DNA from: Dicyema japonicum
Lineage: Eukaryota; Animalia; Dicyemida
Length of the DNA: 64,000 nucleotides
NCBI GenBank assembly: GCA_011109175.1
Contig: RDEW01000071.1
Span: 130,426-194,425 of the forward strand
Direction of reading: 5' to 3'
The notes beneath the pieces are model-generated. The model was given only the letters and a program-made list of their open reading frames with translations, had not been told where the DNA came from and made no database searches. Positions 51,560 to 64,000 of this stretch are shown here, piece after piece; position 1 is the first letter of the stretch, and each line of letters starts with the position of its first letter. Made by a program: the position numbers and the translations under genes.

Positions 51560-52099
51560 AGATAGCGACATTTTTGTACAAATTAGTATTATTACCTGCT
51601 CAGTCTAAAAAGTAGTTCTGAATTGATTTTTATTACATCATTTTTAGTAAAGTAAAATGAACAAAATTTACTGGTACAATTAAAATACTAAATATTGACT
51701 CATTTTACGGGTTGAACCCTTTATTGAAGTTTTTCATCCTCAAAAATGATTGTGCATTCTTAAGTGCCACCATGTATCTTGCCCTCAACTGAGAAATATA
51801 AACGAGTTGACGAATTATACGTCCCAAAGGCATATCCTCATATGAAAGTAGTCAACTCATCGAGTCTCTTCGTATCCCCATGGTCAAGCCACATCTGAGA
51901 AGGAAAACCAGCTGACTCAAGCCGACGTTTAATAATTTCGCTTTAAAACACTCCTTCTGCAACATAGATAACTTATGCCTCCTTTTCAGCTTTTTTTTGC
52001 AAACAAAATCGGTTTCTCTCATCGAGGAGGCTTTCGGATGCCCTACTTGGTACCATTGAGTTCACTCTGAAAAATTACAATCTGCGTCGAATGTTGTGT

Positions 52100-52500
52100 G
52101 GAGCAAAAATTGGAGGTGCGCAACGGTCCAAAGATAAAAAGGACGGGACTATTTATGTGATTGGATTTGTAAGCTTTCGACTCGATCAATCTATTGAAAT
52201 TGTTACAAGTCATGGAGCTTAAGCTCCACAGTCAGGCTGGCTAAGTCACTTTTAAGGGATATTACAGAATGGAGAATCAGGGGGAACCTGTTCAAGACAA
52301 TTTAAGAAAACTGTGCAAACTGCCGTCTGACATTCTTTATAAGAGAACGACGAAGCAACTATTTCGTTCGAAATCCTGAAGGCAACATGGAGGCTGTGTG
52401 GGAATATACCACATCTGGACCTGGGGAACCCCGCAAATTTGGCCATGGAGGATTAATCGACACTGCACATCTTTCTGGTCGAACAAATAAATGTGAGATC
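52100..52500 (-). mobile_element. Degenerate LINE RT fragment
   Basis: Shared with 49072-49620. Decayed GS.GP..Y segment on the minus strand. Confidence 0.55.
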
Positions 52501-52999
52501 TGCCGAAGATGATATGAGTATGTGAAAGATTACTAGCTGTCGAGGTAGAGCTGACTTAAATTAATATGACAAAATCTAGTTACCTGTCTTTTTCAGAAAT
52601 CTATTCTATTTGTTCTTTATGTCGTGAAAATTCCCTAAACTATCTGCATTAGCGTTGCAACTCCTACAGTCCTTGCTTATGAATACATCAAACTAAAATC
52701 AGTCAGCAAAACAAGAACACATTGACCTAATATGACTGAAAAGTATTAAATCGACACATTTTCACCAAGAAATTAAAATTCCACTTTAACAACCAAAAAC
52801 CCAGTAACCCAAACGAACTTAAGAGAAAGTATTGATGACTTTTTCAATAATTAGTTTGACATCGCGAATGCCCTCTGAAATTCCCTTTAAAACTATCATA
52901 AAATCAAATAGTCTTACATAGAATATCCGGATTAAAAAGGTTAATAAATTTGCCCAAAAATTTCAAATCTAGTATTAAAACAAATAATCATACAAATAC

Positions 53000-53840
53000 A
53001 GTCTACTGCATGAATGAAATTTCTCGTTACGTACATTTTTTTATCAAAATATGCATGAAGTTTGACATTTACTCTATCTTTGTCATCCAAAGTATTAACG
53101 AAAGCAACTAAATCAGTCTTTTGTATAGATTCATTGCCAATAATGTGTCCATAAAATCGTTCATTATCAAACTTATTAATTCCAACAATTGCCGGGAATC
53201 CAGTTATATTGAAAAAATCAGGAATTGTAAGATAGTTTTTAAGATTAATATCTAAAAAGCATACTTGAATCTAAATTTAAGTTTCAAATAAACATCTTCA
53301 TGTTTTGCCGTAGCAATTTTAATTTGTTCAGCTAATTCATAAACTTTCGAACTATTTCGATCAATCATCACAATAATAATCAAATCTTCATTAAGTATGT
53401 GATCATAGTTGAATTTATTCAACCAAACTTGGCCTGTTGTATCTTCAACATAAGTATTCATGTTTTTAAAATCTCGTGACCCTAATATTAACATGTAAGT
53501 CCACCATAATAATCTTCTACCATTTTTCCTTTATTAAATAAGGCTATCGTCCCTGGAGAAGTGATTCCTAAACGACTAAGCAATCTTGTATTATAATTCG
53601 CGTTTACGACTCCAAAGGATATATTATTTATGTGTAAAGTAGAAAGTTTCTTTAGTCGATAATATCCTTTTAACTGATCGATTGAAGGAATAGTATTTTC
53701 TACAATCATTATAATCATATACTGAATAGCACGACAAACCATTCGACTTTATTCACTTCTTCATCAAAGTTGTCATTATTTAGATGTACGAGTTTTTGAT
53801 AAGTGAGGTAAACCAGGAACAGTAGAAAGTATATCATCAT
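53000..53840 (-). CDS. PDI-family thioredoxin-fold protein with signal peptide, no CxxC; 3' end uncertain
   Basis: MMIYFLLFLVYLTY-QKLVHLNNDNFDEEV..VEWFVVLF, YYGSRD, IQVCFLD and TGFPAIV. Three 23-nt introns restore one frame. Confidence 0.7.
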
Positions 53841-54959
53841 TACCTACTTTTATTAATTATTTATTATAAAACTTGGTTTGCCAAATTAAACATTAATTAA
53901 TTTATTTGTTTTTACTATTTTGTAAGATATTTTTGCATGAAAATTATTTTTCGATTATATTGTGTCTTAAAAAAATATTTTATCAGAGGCCACATGCGCC
54001 ACGTGGATAATTGGTTTCTTCTTTCCCCTTTATAGCATCATTGGATCCACCTTAGTCAAAGACGTCAATGTCTGGTCAGCATTCAAAGGTATCTCAATTC
54101 TTTTTTCCTGGAAACAATTTCGTTCCTGATGACGAGTTCTGAAATCGACCTCAGCTTCCCGACAACGTCCTCTAGATCACTGTGCTTTGATGAGGGTTCT
54201 GGTGTAACACATCAGGATATAGGAATTTACTAGTTTGTTTTTAGTTTGGTTGTTGGAAATGTTTTATTTATTAATTATCTATATACTCGCTAAAGTTATT
54301 TGTCGAATTAGTTGGTTACCCGCCTCATCTTCTCCATTGGGAGTCAAAACTATTTCAAATAAGTTTTACTTCATGATTCTCCGAATAAAATTCTTTAAAA
54401 ATGTTGATGAGGATTTTAATATGCTGGTTTCGTCCGATAATAAATCATTTTAGTGATTTTTTGAGTAGGTCTCGGATTCCTTACGTAAAATTTCATGAAA
54501 TCGATCACATGATTTTCGATGCGGCAAGTTTATTAGTAGGTCGTTGAGTTCTGTATTAAGATGCTTCCTGTACCCAAATCCCCAGTTCTTTAAGCTGTTC
54601 AAATCATAATGCCTCGGATGTTGTTTTTCGCATTTTAATGTTTTCATTTTCGTTTTCGCGAGCTAATTGCTTCGTTAATGAGAGTTTAACAATGAGTTTT
54701 TTTGATTGTTGTCTATGATCCCAATGCCAATGCCACAAATGTTCATTTGAACGAAACACCGCTTAAATGCAGTGAAAAAACCACCAATATCCTCGATTGT
54801 TATAAATCTATCGACTGGAAGTGCATACGAGTTCATTATTGTTTGGAAATTTTACATGTAAGAGATTTTTTAATAGTCAAAAATTGATATGCTTCTAATA
54901 ATTTTTCAGACTTGGAAAAATGTATTTTTGCTTTAAAATATCATATTGTACGATAAGGA

Positions 54960-57900
54960 CAAAGCACGCTACTCGTTGTGGTGCTAAGAAGACAGAAGAG
55001 AGAAAGAAAAAGAAAACCAGAAAAGAACATGCAGAAAACTAATCAGACCAAGTCTGACTCTGTTCACTGCCCATCTATGGATCACATTACATTCGAAGAA
55101 ATACTACTTCTACCTGCGAGATCGAAAGAGCAGTGCGTGTCTTGTGGATATTGCAACGTGAAGAAGTACGGGTTGAATTGCACATCTTGCGGGAGATTTT
55201 TCCACCTCGGATCTGTCCGAATGTCGAAATTGGCTACGAGATCTCTTTACAAGTGGGACTGCGCATACTGTATGGATGCCGACCCCGCTCGGTCCCGTCT
55301 TCCGGCCGAATTCAGTCTTCCCTCTTATTCTGGACAAATCGAACACTTTTCGTTACGCCTATCGGAGAGTCGGAAAAGTAGACGGATTCCACTGAGGATA
55401 CCAAAGGCCACTCGAATTCCCGCTGCTGAATGCCTCACGTCATTAATTTATAAAGCCATCAATACCAGCGACCAGGCCTCTTGGATACATCTATTGGCCT
55501 TTGCACCATAACCCTAGGAATTCTGCCTCAGAGCAAGCTCGCAACGGATCACTGGCCTCGAAAATCAAGAATACTTCTGCCTTTTTGGCCACTTCAAAGC
55601 AGCTAGACTCAGGAATCGAGCCTGAGCAAGTACTTCGGCGTAAACAGTTGTCTACAGAAGCTGGGTGTAAACAGGAAGATTATAAAATTTCGAGAGTGAA
55701 CCGAAAACTGATGGAAGGGGACGTTCGCGCAGCTGCAAGAGTAGTGTCTTGTGACGAATCGCTGTTGAAGCCGTGCCGAGAAGTCTTGGAATTACTGAGA
55801 AGGAAACACCCTGCTCCACCACCGAACCAGAGGAACTTGACAATGGCAGAAGACCTCCCGGCATTTACTCCCTCGGAATTTGAAGTAGTGCGTGAAATTG
55901 TCTTTTGCTCCCAGTAGCTGCGGAGGTCTGGACGGACTGCGCCCAAGCCATGTAAAGGACTTAACCTCCGAAGCTACGGCTGAAGCCGGCTGTGCCTTGT
56001 TAACGTCTATCACCTTGCTGCTCACTCGAATAGTTAATGGTGATATTCCAAAATTTGCTAGAGATCTTCTTTTTTCTGGACATCTACTTCTATTGGCATT
56101 CCGAAAAGGATGGAGGTGTCCGCCCAATTGCGATCGGTACATACTTTCGAAGGCTTGCTGCTAAAATCGTGCCGGAGAGTCTCCCACAATATTGCTGAAG
56201 AGCTGTTCATGACTCAACTTGGGGTGGGAGTGACCGGTGGTTGCGAGGCAGCAGTCCACGCCGTGAGGAGTTACTTCAACAACAATAATTCCAGACCAAA
56301 GGCTAGGCCTGAAGCTTGATATATCAAATGCCATCAACTCGCTGAGGAGAGACTGTATTTTGGAAACCTGTTGGAAGAGAGCTCCAGAGATTGGCTGACT
56401 ATTACACTTATCGTATGGGACGGACTCAGCCTTAGTTTTTCACGGCACGTGCGATATTGTTTATTCACGCACAGACGTTCAGCAGGGAGACCCTCTAGGG
56501 TTTTTGCTTTTTGCAATAACAATTGACACAGTGGCACGAAACATAAACAGCAACTCAACCTGTGGTACTTGGACGATGCCACAATAGCTGGCCCATGGAG
56601 AACGTATATCAGAATAGTTCTTCAACCATTCCAGCTCTAAACCAATTGGGTTTAAGTGTCAATGTTATGAAATCGGAACTGATCAATATTTCCTGCTCAT
56701 CTCCAAGCTTTTCTACTGCCTGCCAAGAATTCAGATCTCTACTTCCAGGTTTTAGCATATCCTCCTTGGACAAGGCACGCTTTCTTGGCTGCCCTTTTGG
56801 AAACGAAGAGCTGAAAACTGCCTTGCCAGTAAGAATAATGAAGATGAAGCCTTTACAAAGAGAGTATCATTTTTGGTCCACATGTGTCTTTTTCTTGCTC
56901 AAGTAATGTATTTCCATGTCGACGATGATGTACATTTTGAGGTGTTCACCATGTTTTGAACACCGGAAAGCACTATTGTCGGCTGATGGGACTCTGATAC
57001 GATCGGCGGAGTCAATAATGAATGTCAAATTCGATCATCTGGGCTGGACAATGTGCAAACTATGCGGAAATGGGGCATTGGATTAAGATTCCTTCTTGAG
57101 CCGCTTTACCAGCCTACTTTTCATCCCTGCGAGCTGCAGCCGCTTGGTCCAAGCAGTCCTACGTAATGCAACCGGACATACCTTGGACTCGGAGCTTGAT
57201 AGAGTTAGCAAGCTGTGGGGAGACCTGGGCTTGGAATTCCCGTCGAACTTCGCTTGCCAGAAGAGTTGGGACTCAATTACATGTATGAGCACTGTGGAGG
57301 CCGCGAAGACGAGCGCCAACCAACACCGATTAGCATGCATTAAGTCGGCCGCACGTTGCGGAAATGAAGTCTGGCTCAAGGCTCTACCGTGCCCACATCT
57401 GGGGACCCTCCTTGACGAAAACATCCTGAGGATCGGGGGCCTGAGGATCGGGGTGGCACTGCGCCTAGGACTGGAAAATGCCAGAGACACAAATGCCGTT
57501 GCGGCGGGGACATTGATACGAAAGGCTTACATCCACTTTCTTGCCGACGAAGTGCTGGCCGAGCCCCGAGTCACGCAGCCCTCAAGGCCGCGGGATTTCC
57601 GGCCCAATTGGAACCTTTGGGCTTAGACAGAGGCGATGAGAAGAGGACGTTGATCCCATACTCCCACGGAAGATCACTCGTCTGGAACGGAACGTGTGTG
57701 GAAATCTTTTCAGGTGCCAGATCGCTGACAGTGACGCACTCTCCAGGAGACGCAGCCGATTAGGCAGAGGCCAAGAAGATCCGCAAATACGAATCCCTTG
57801 AAGGCCAATACCATCTCACCCCCATTGATGTGGAGACAACTGGAACCGTGGGAGCAAAGACGGACGCCTTTCTCTCCAGCATTGAAAGCAAACTCGCCTC

Positions 57901-57993
57901 AAATAGATGTGAGCCACGGGAGAGGCTCTGACTGAGGCAGAGACTCGAAATGGTGATTATCAGAGGTATCGCCTTCGCCATTCTGTCGTCCTA
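54960..57993 (+). mobile_element. Near full-length CRE-like retrotransposon with N-terminal PHD finger, frameshifted
   Basis: PHD-like C-x2-C..C-x2-C-x4-H..W.C-x2-C, then KLMEGDVRAA, GLDGLRPSH, QLGVG..GGCEA, QGDPLG, WYLDD, LRLGL, RLDP, PIDVETTG and RLEMVIIRG. Confidence 0.92.
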
Positions 57994-58029
57994 GTTATTT
58001 TCGAATAATTGTTTAATTAATATAAAAAA

Positions 58030-59620
58030 TGTTTTAACTAAAAAAAAGATAAAAATATCATAACAATAAAATTTTAGAAAATGATTGCGGATTTCTCAAG
58101 AGGGGAAATTACTTTTTTAACTTTAACAACTTTATTAACAAGGAAAATTAAAGAGGGAGTTACTTGGTTTCATGCAGCAAGTCCTGCAAACGCTTGGACT
58201 CTTCTCTGTGCTCTCAGACTTATTCTGTGCTGCAACATACGAGTCAATGATGGCATCTCTTTTTAGGTAGTTTTCCATCCTTTTTTCTGCTGCATCTCTT
58301 GTCGACATTAATATCACATTTTCATCTTCACCTTGCTTCTCGTCGAGCCTTTTGTATAGGGCAATCTTGATTTTTCAAGAAGCAAGATAAACGCTCTTTG
58401 TATGCAGTGTAATACCATCCTTCCAGTCCATAAAGGAGTGATGGAATTATCGTACGTGAAAAAAATAAATAAAAACATATCCGTTTCGAGTCTTAATTTC
58501 CTCATACACAATAACGCATGGTGGGCTTTCTTCCCTTTGAGTTTAAAATCGCACAATGTACTTCCAGATTTCTCAAAGGCTGTTCCGAGATACTACAGGC
58601 AGCTCACGATGTTGATTCCGCATATGGAGTCTTTCTGATTTCCTTTATCGTTCCGACCGAAGAACCTCATTGCACTAGATTTTTCTTCTGACAGTTTTAA
58701 CCCAAAGACTGCACCAGTATTTTATCTCTTCCATGTACACATTGAGTCTCCTCTTTTGAGATCATGTTCGATCTCGACACATCAGACAGTAGTATTTCGT
58801 CTGCGTATGTTAGATATCTCGTACTCGGTGTAGACGGAGACGGGAAACCGGCCATTAGAACATTAAGCAATAGAGGGATCAAAATTGATCCTTGTGGGAC
58901 TCCTCTCTTCAATAATATCATATCTGAAAAATAACGTCCGCATCTAACATAGGAGTTTCTTTCTTCTAGGTACACTTTCACCAAATTCACCAGTTCTTTT
59001 AGGCTCCCCGTCCGAGATAACTGATCGATTATGGCTCTGTGGTTAACACTGTCAAATGCTTTTGATATGTCGAGACATATGACATTCAAGAAACATTTGG
59101 ATTCTCTGGCTTTGTATAACTCGGAGTTGAGATGAAATAAGCAATCACCGCATCACCCTCCTGGACGAAAACTAAATTGATCATTTCTGAAGTAGTCTTT
59201 TTTCTCCAGCAGATTTGTGCGCCTCCAGAAAACAATTTTTTCCATATTTTTTGAAATTGACTAAATCAGGCTAATCGAGCGGTAGTTAGCAAGATCATTC
59301 TTCGGTCTTCCTGTCTTCGCTACCATCCGTACAATAGTCTTCTTCCATTCGTTTAGAACATGACCAATTTTGATGCATGTGTTGAACATATCTTTGAGGA
59401 CATCGAATAAAATTTCCGGGCCTTCTTTGAACATCCTAGCTTTGATGAAATCACTGCCCGGTGCTTTATTCTTGACAGCTTTTATTGCTATCGTCAGCTC
59501 TTCTAGAGAGATCTCTATAAATGCTGTTTTCTCTGACAATGGTTCGTAACAAGTCTTCACTGCGATGACATCATCGTCCACATCAAACATCAATATCTCA
59601 AAAACTAGAAATTTTTGTGC
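58030..59620 (-). mobile_element. Jockey-like LINE RT fragment
   Basis: KAPGSD, NYRSISL, LDISKAFDSVNH, GVPQGSIL.PLL and YADE. Confidence 0.85.
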
Positions 59621-59884
59621 TGAAGGGCTATTCTCAGCAAAAAAATGTATGTGTATCCAACATCTCCAGAAGTTTGAATTTCAGTGTTAGTGACTTTCCT
59701 TTGTTTTGATACTGTCACTGTTTCCTCTCTCGGGAACGGGTGATTGATCCAAAGTCAAAAGGGAACACCGATATTTTTAGTAAATTTGAAAAACGAAATA
59801 TATAAAAATTGATTTATAAGGAATTTTGACTTTAAATGTTTTTTTAACTTTTATGTTAATTGGGATAACATTGTCTGCTCCAAA

Positions 59885-60621
59885 ATTTTGAAAGACTTTA
59901 AAAAAGAAGCAAATCAACATCGTCTGGCTTGTTTGGTGTCAGCTTCAAGTAGAGGGAGTGGAGCATGGCTTGGTGCAATACCTTGCCCAAACCTCGGGAC
60001 CTTTTTGGACGACGATTCTTTGAGGATTGGAATCGGACAAAGGCTGGGACTAGACGTTTGCCAGGAGCACCAATGCCGATGCATTAAAAACAGTCGATGC
60101 GAAGGATTGCACCCGCTGTCCTGCAGAAGAAGCGCCGGAAGGAGACCACGTCATGCTGCTCTGAAGGGTGTGGTTGTCAGAGCTCTGAAGGCTACAGGCT
60201 TCCCAGCACAGCTTGAACCAGTGTGTCTTAATCGAAGAGATGAAAAGAGACTTGACGGGATGACCTTTTCCCCTTCACGTCTGGAAGATCTTTGGTCTTG
60301 GACGCAAGTTGTGTAGACACGTTCTCAAGCACGAATATTTTCAAATCGGTTCGGACACCTGGAGCAGCTGCTTCGACTGCGGAGAACCTAAAAATCAAGA
60401 AATATTTTTGCCTCGGGGATCGATACCGATTTACTCCTGTTCCGACCGAATCATCGGGAGCCGTTGGTCCAATGACGGCTGAGTTCTTGCGAGAACTCTG
60501 AGGATTGCTTGCCAGAAAGAAATGGGATCAACGAGAAGGGTTATGGCTAAGACAAAAAATTGGAATAGCCATACTCCGAGGGAACTCGTTCGCAATCCAC
60601 GCAGCAGGTTTCCTCAACTGA
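59885..60621 (+). mobile_element. CRE-like 3' fragment, a different subfamily
   Basis: GAWLGAIPCPNLG, GLHPLSCRRSAGR..RH, KRLDG and KIGIAILRGN. Confidence 0.88.
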
Positions 60622-60689
60622 CATTTGTTTAATTGTTAAAAAAATTATTTTGTTTAAAAAAATTATGTTTACCGATCAAATTCCCTACA

Positions 60690-61020
60690 ATTGCGGAGTT
60701 TATCCTGAATCTACTCTCACGGGAGCTCAATGGAAGTGGCTTTATAGATTCTTGAGTTTTTACTAGGAGGAGAAAGATCTGTTAGTTCAGAGGGACTTCC
60801 ATTGACTTAATATAGATATTTAAGTGGAGATAATTTAGAACTAATTGGAACTAAGTGGGGTAAGTGGGAGCCAGTTTTCGAATCTTTAATTGAAAATATT
60901 TCCAGATCTATCGCGTCTCGCATAAGTTTTAGAAATTTCAAAGACTCCAATGGATGACTCGACTGTTGGTTATTGGAAAGTTTTAAATCACCGAGATGAC
61001 TAAAATTTTAAGAACTGAGG
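60690..61020 (-). pseudogene. Degenerate LRR-like coding segment
   Basis: HLGDLKLSNNQ, LESLKFLKL and LSPLKYLY* in one frame with stops. Confidence 0.4.
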
Positions 61021-61079
61021 ATTATGGAGAACTAATTTAAATTATACATATAGGTTATATGCCAGGTCACATTAATTTT

Positions 61080-63752
61080 TGATAATGTCCATGTCACATT
61101 CTTCGCGCTTAATTACCCGTTGCCCATTCTCTCTTGGTACTTTCAACACTCGAGGCTTGAAGTTCATCACCAAAAAACATCAACTCGCACGTGATTTATC
61201 TATCCATGGTGTCAGTATTTGCTGCATTCAAGAGACAAAGATTACAGCATATTCTATTACGAAATTGGATGATTACTACATGATCACTTTGGACTCTGAC
61301 TGCCGACATTATGGTCTTGGATTTGCGGTTCACAGGGATCTTTACGACCGTGTGACACGCGTATGGGCTGTCTCGGATCGTATTGCAGTCATGCAACTGA
61401 AGTTTGGAACAAAGCCCAACTCTGTTATTTCTATCATCAATGTTTATGCTCCGACCGCTGTCCGGGCTGATGCCAATCCTGAAGAACTTGGTGCGTTTTA
61501 CTCATGTTTGACAGGGACATATGACTCACTTTCGTCGTCATATCTGACGTTTATTGGTGGAGACTGGAATGCCAGAGTTGGTAAAGTACGGAATGGGGAG
61601 ACTTGTATTGGATCACATGCTCGGAATCGTCGAAATTCCTCTGGTGTCTCATTGGTTCAATTCTGCGAATCCTACAACTTATTTATTACGAACACTGCTT
61701 TTGAACACCCAGCAAGACATAAAACTACCTGGACTGGTTCACGAAAAGACAAAAATGGCAACTTGATTAAAATAAATAATCAAATTGATTATATCTTTTG
61801 CAGAAGAAAGAACAAAAACCTAATACGAAACTCGAGATCATACGATGGGCTTGAAACATCAAGTGATCACAAATTGGTGATCACTCGGTTCTCTTTGGGA
61901 AGTTTGTACAAACCTGGAAGATATGGAAAAACGGAATTCGAAAGATTGGATACAGAAACTCTAATAAGCAATGAAATAAAGATGAAAGAGTATGGCGAAA
62001 AACTCAGAAAGGAATTAAGCAAGATGAATACAAACAATAGTGCACAGCCATTCGGATTATTAGCAAAAAGAAACGACCAGGGAATATTGTTATTCACGAC
62101 CAACATGGACGATCAGTATTGAATGTTATTGAAAAGGCGAACATAGTCTCTTCACACTACTATGACATCTTTAACAATCAAGAAATTGAAAACAAATCTC
62201 CAATAACATCAACGGCTCTCTTAACTGCCCCATTATTATCGCGGAAACTATCAAGGCAATAGGAAAACTAAACTACAGGAAAGCGGCTGGTCCTGATAAT
62301 ATACCTGCAGAGTTAATAAAATGTGGACCCACTGAATTGGGTGAAATAATCACCATCATACTCAATAAAGCATTTGAAGACAAAAACGATCTTGGAATTG
62401 GGAGAGGATGGCTAATTCCAATACCAAAACCTGGGAAACCTAGAGGTCCCGCAAACAGACCAATAATTCTATTATCGGTCTTACGGAAAACCCTCTCTAT
62501 CATTGTATTAAATCGAATCAAAGGGAAAGTCGACAAATTCTTATCGCCTGGACAAAGCGGTTTCAGGGAAAAAAGATCAACCGCCGACATAGTATGGACG
62601 CACAGATGGTCTGGCGCTATATGTCAGAAATACAAAAAATGCATAAAAGTTCTGGGGATCGACATGAGTCGTGAATTCGACTCTGTACACAGGGGACTAC
62701 TTATTAACATTCTGAATACATTTCTAGACACGGATGATGTTAGAATTATTTCCTTGCTCCTAGAAGATACTCACCTGGCTGTCAAAATCGGAAATACCGC
62801 TTCCAATTTTTTTAAAACCACTCGGGGAGTTCCACAAGGGGATTCGTTGTCTCCTATTCTATTTATTATTTATCTTGAGGCTGCACTGAGGGATTTCAGA
62901 TTATCCATTAAAGGACAATATTATGAGTTGATTTACGCAGACGATCTGGACTTTGTATCGGATGATTCTGAATTTCTCAAGTACATAAACGAACATCTTC
63001 CTAACATTTCCAAAAATGGTTCTTGAAGATAAACACTGACAAAACGGAATTTACATCATTCAGCCGTGCAGAGAGGATATCCGACGAGACGTGGAGAAGA
63101 CATAAGAAGGTCGGATCGCTCTTGGGGGACGAGGAAGATGTAGCTCGACGGAGAATCCTTGCATCTGGTGCTTTCAGAAGCCTATCTAAAATATGGAGTT
63201 CGGGAAGAAGACTTTGTGGAAAAATAAAGCTTATGATATACAAATACTTTGTTGTGCCCATCCTAATCTATAACTGTGGGACATGGGGTTTGTCTAAACG
63301 GGCAATGGAGTCTATTGACAGTTTCGACCGCAGTATGCTTCGGAAGGCACTTAATATTCACTACAAAATGAAGATCAAAAACGAACAATTATATAAGTTG
63401 AGCAAAACAGAACCATTATCCATGGAAATCAGAAGATCGAGATGGAGACTGTTCGGTCACATTCTGAAGATGGACCTGGATGTCCGGCAAATCACGTAAT
63501 AGATGAATATTTCATGGAAAAAACAAAATCATTCCGAGGAAGGCCTAGAAAAACCTTACCTATCACGCTAAATGAGGACCTAAAAGCCATAGGCAGGGAG
63601 TTGAAAACAATGGATATCTATGAACTAAGAGATCTTGGAAACGGAGAGGCCTTTGGATGCGATTGGTGCAAAGGGTGGCCGGCGGCACAAGGGAACCTTA
63701 ATTGACTTTTGTTTTTTTATGTGTTCTCGGCAGTGCTGATAATAATAATAAT
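61080..63752 (+). mobile_element. Near full-length RTE-type LINE (APE + RT), frameshifted
   Basis: CIQET, VYAP, GGDWNARVG, NQIDY, SDH, QSGFR, GVPQGDSLSPILF, YADD and a (TAA)n tail at ~63737-63752. Same clade as 1380-4480 but diverged. Confidence 0.92.
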
Positions 63753-63778
63753 CAAAATTTTAGGATGACTAAGCAAGA

Positions 63779-64000
63779 AGCCGGGTAGGTTCGGGCTTAA
63801 GTAGCTTAGACTACGGGTTCGAATTTCGCTGCTGTTCACCTGGTGGAAGGTTCTACGCATCTACGATGCAGAAAGGGTTTGACGAGTGACGCCGTAATCA
63901 GTGGATACTCACTGCGGAATTGGATTGTCTAGAAAGGTCACTCACACAAGAAAAAGAAAAAAAGAAGTGATCATTCCTTGGTTCTACGATTAGTTAAATT
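63779..64000 (+). mobile_element. tRNA-derived SINE family A copy, cut by the window end
   Basis: B-box GGTTCGAATTTC and family body. Confidence 0.88.

Noticed and set aside
1921-62590. Many listed 60-150 aa ORFs (e.g. 1921-2190, 2707-2976, 9767-10225, 27351-27734, 62273-62590)
   Set aside because: They are antisense or alternative-frame shadows of TE ORFs and host genes.

Overview
AT-rich, transposon-dense nuclear DNA from an animal with very short GT-AG introns (mostly 22-26 nt). A Smad gene places it in Metazoa. The intron size fits a reduced parasite such as a dicyemid, or possibly a myxozoan; this taxon call is inference. After splicing by hand, the recognisable host genes are TRABD, an IRS-type PTB adaptor, MED22, AGK, a divergent SMAD, SCAMP head-to-head with TEX261, and a PDI-like thioredoxin-fold protein without CxxC. 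Much of the rest is mobile DNA: two long RTE-type LINEs plus fragments, a nearly intact R4/Dong-like RLE element, six CRE-like RLE pieces (one near full length with an N-terminal PHD finger), many I/Jockey-group LINE remnants, two SINE-like families each sharing a 3' tail with a LINE in the window, an IS630/Tc1 transposon with nested insertions, and hAT and Merlin remnants. There is also a 143-bp tandem array that reads as leucine-rich repeats and a degenerate telomere-like tract. Several conserved genes carry single-base frameshifts at homopolymers, most likely long-read assembly errors. The most unusual signals are a roughly four-fold excess of CACGTG, the microsporidian-like R4 element sitting between two divergent tRNA-type SINE heads, a covarying 3' stem-loop shared by LINEs and a SINE, and the PHD-CRE element. 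No prokaryotic features, CRISPR arrays, rRNA genes or true tRNA genes were found. Mobile-element boundaries are approximate and all alignments were by eye.
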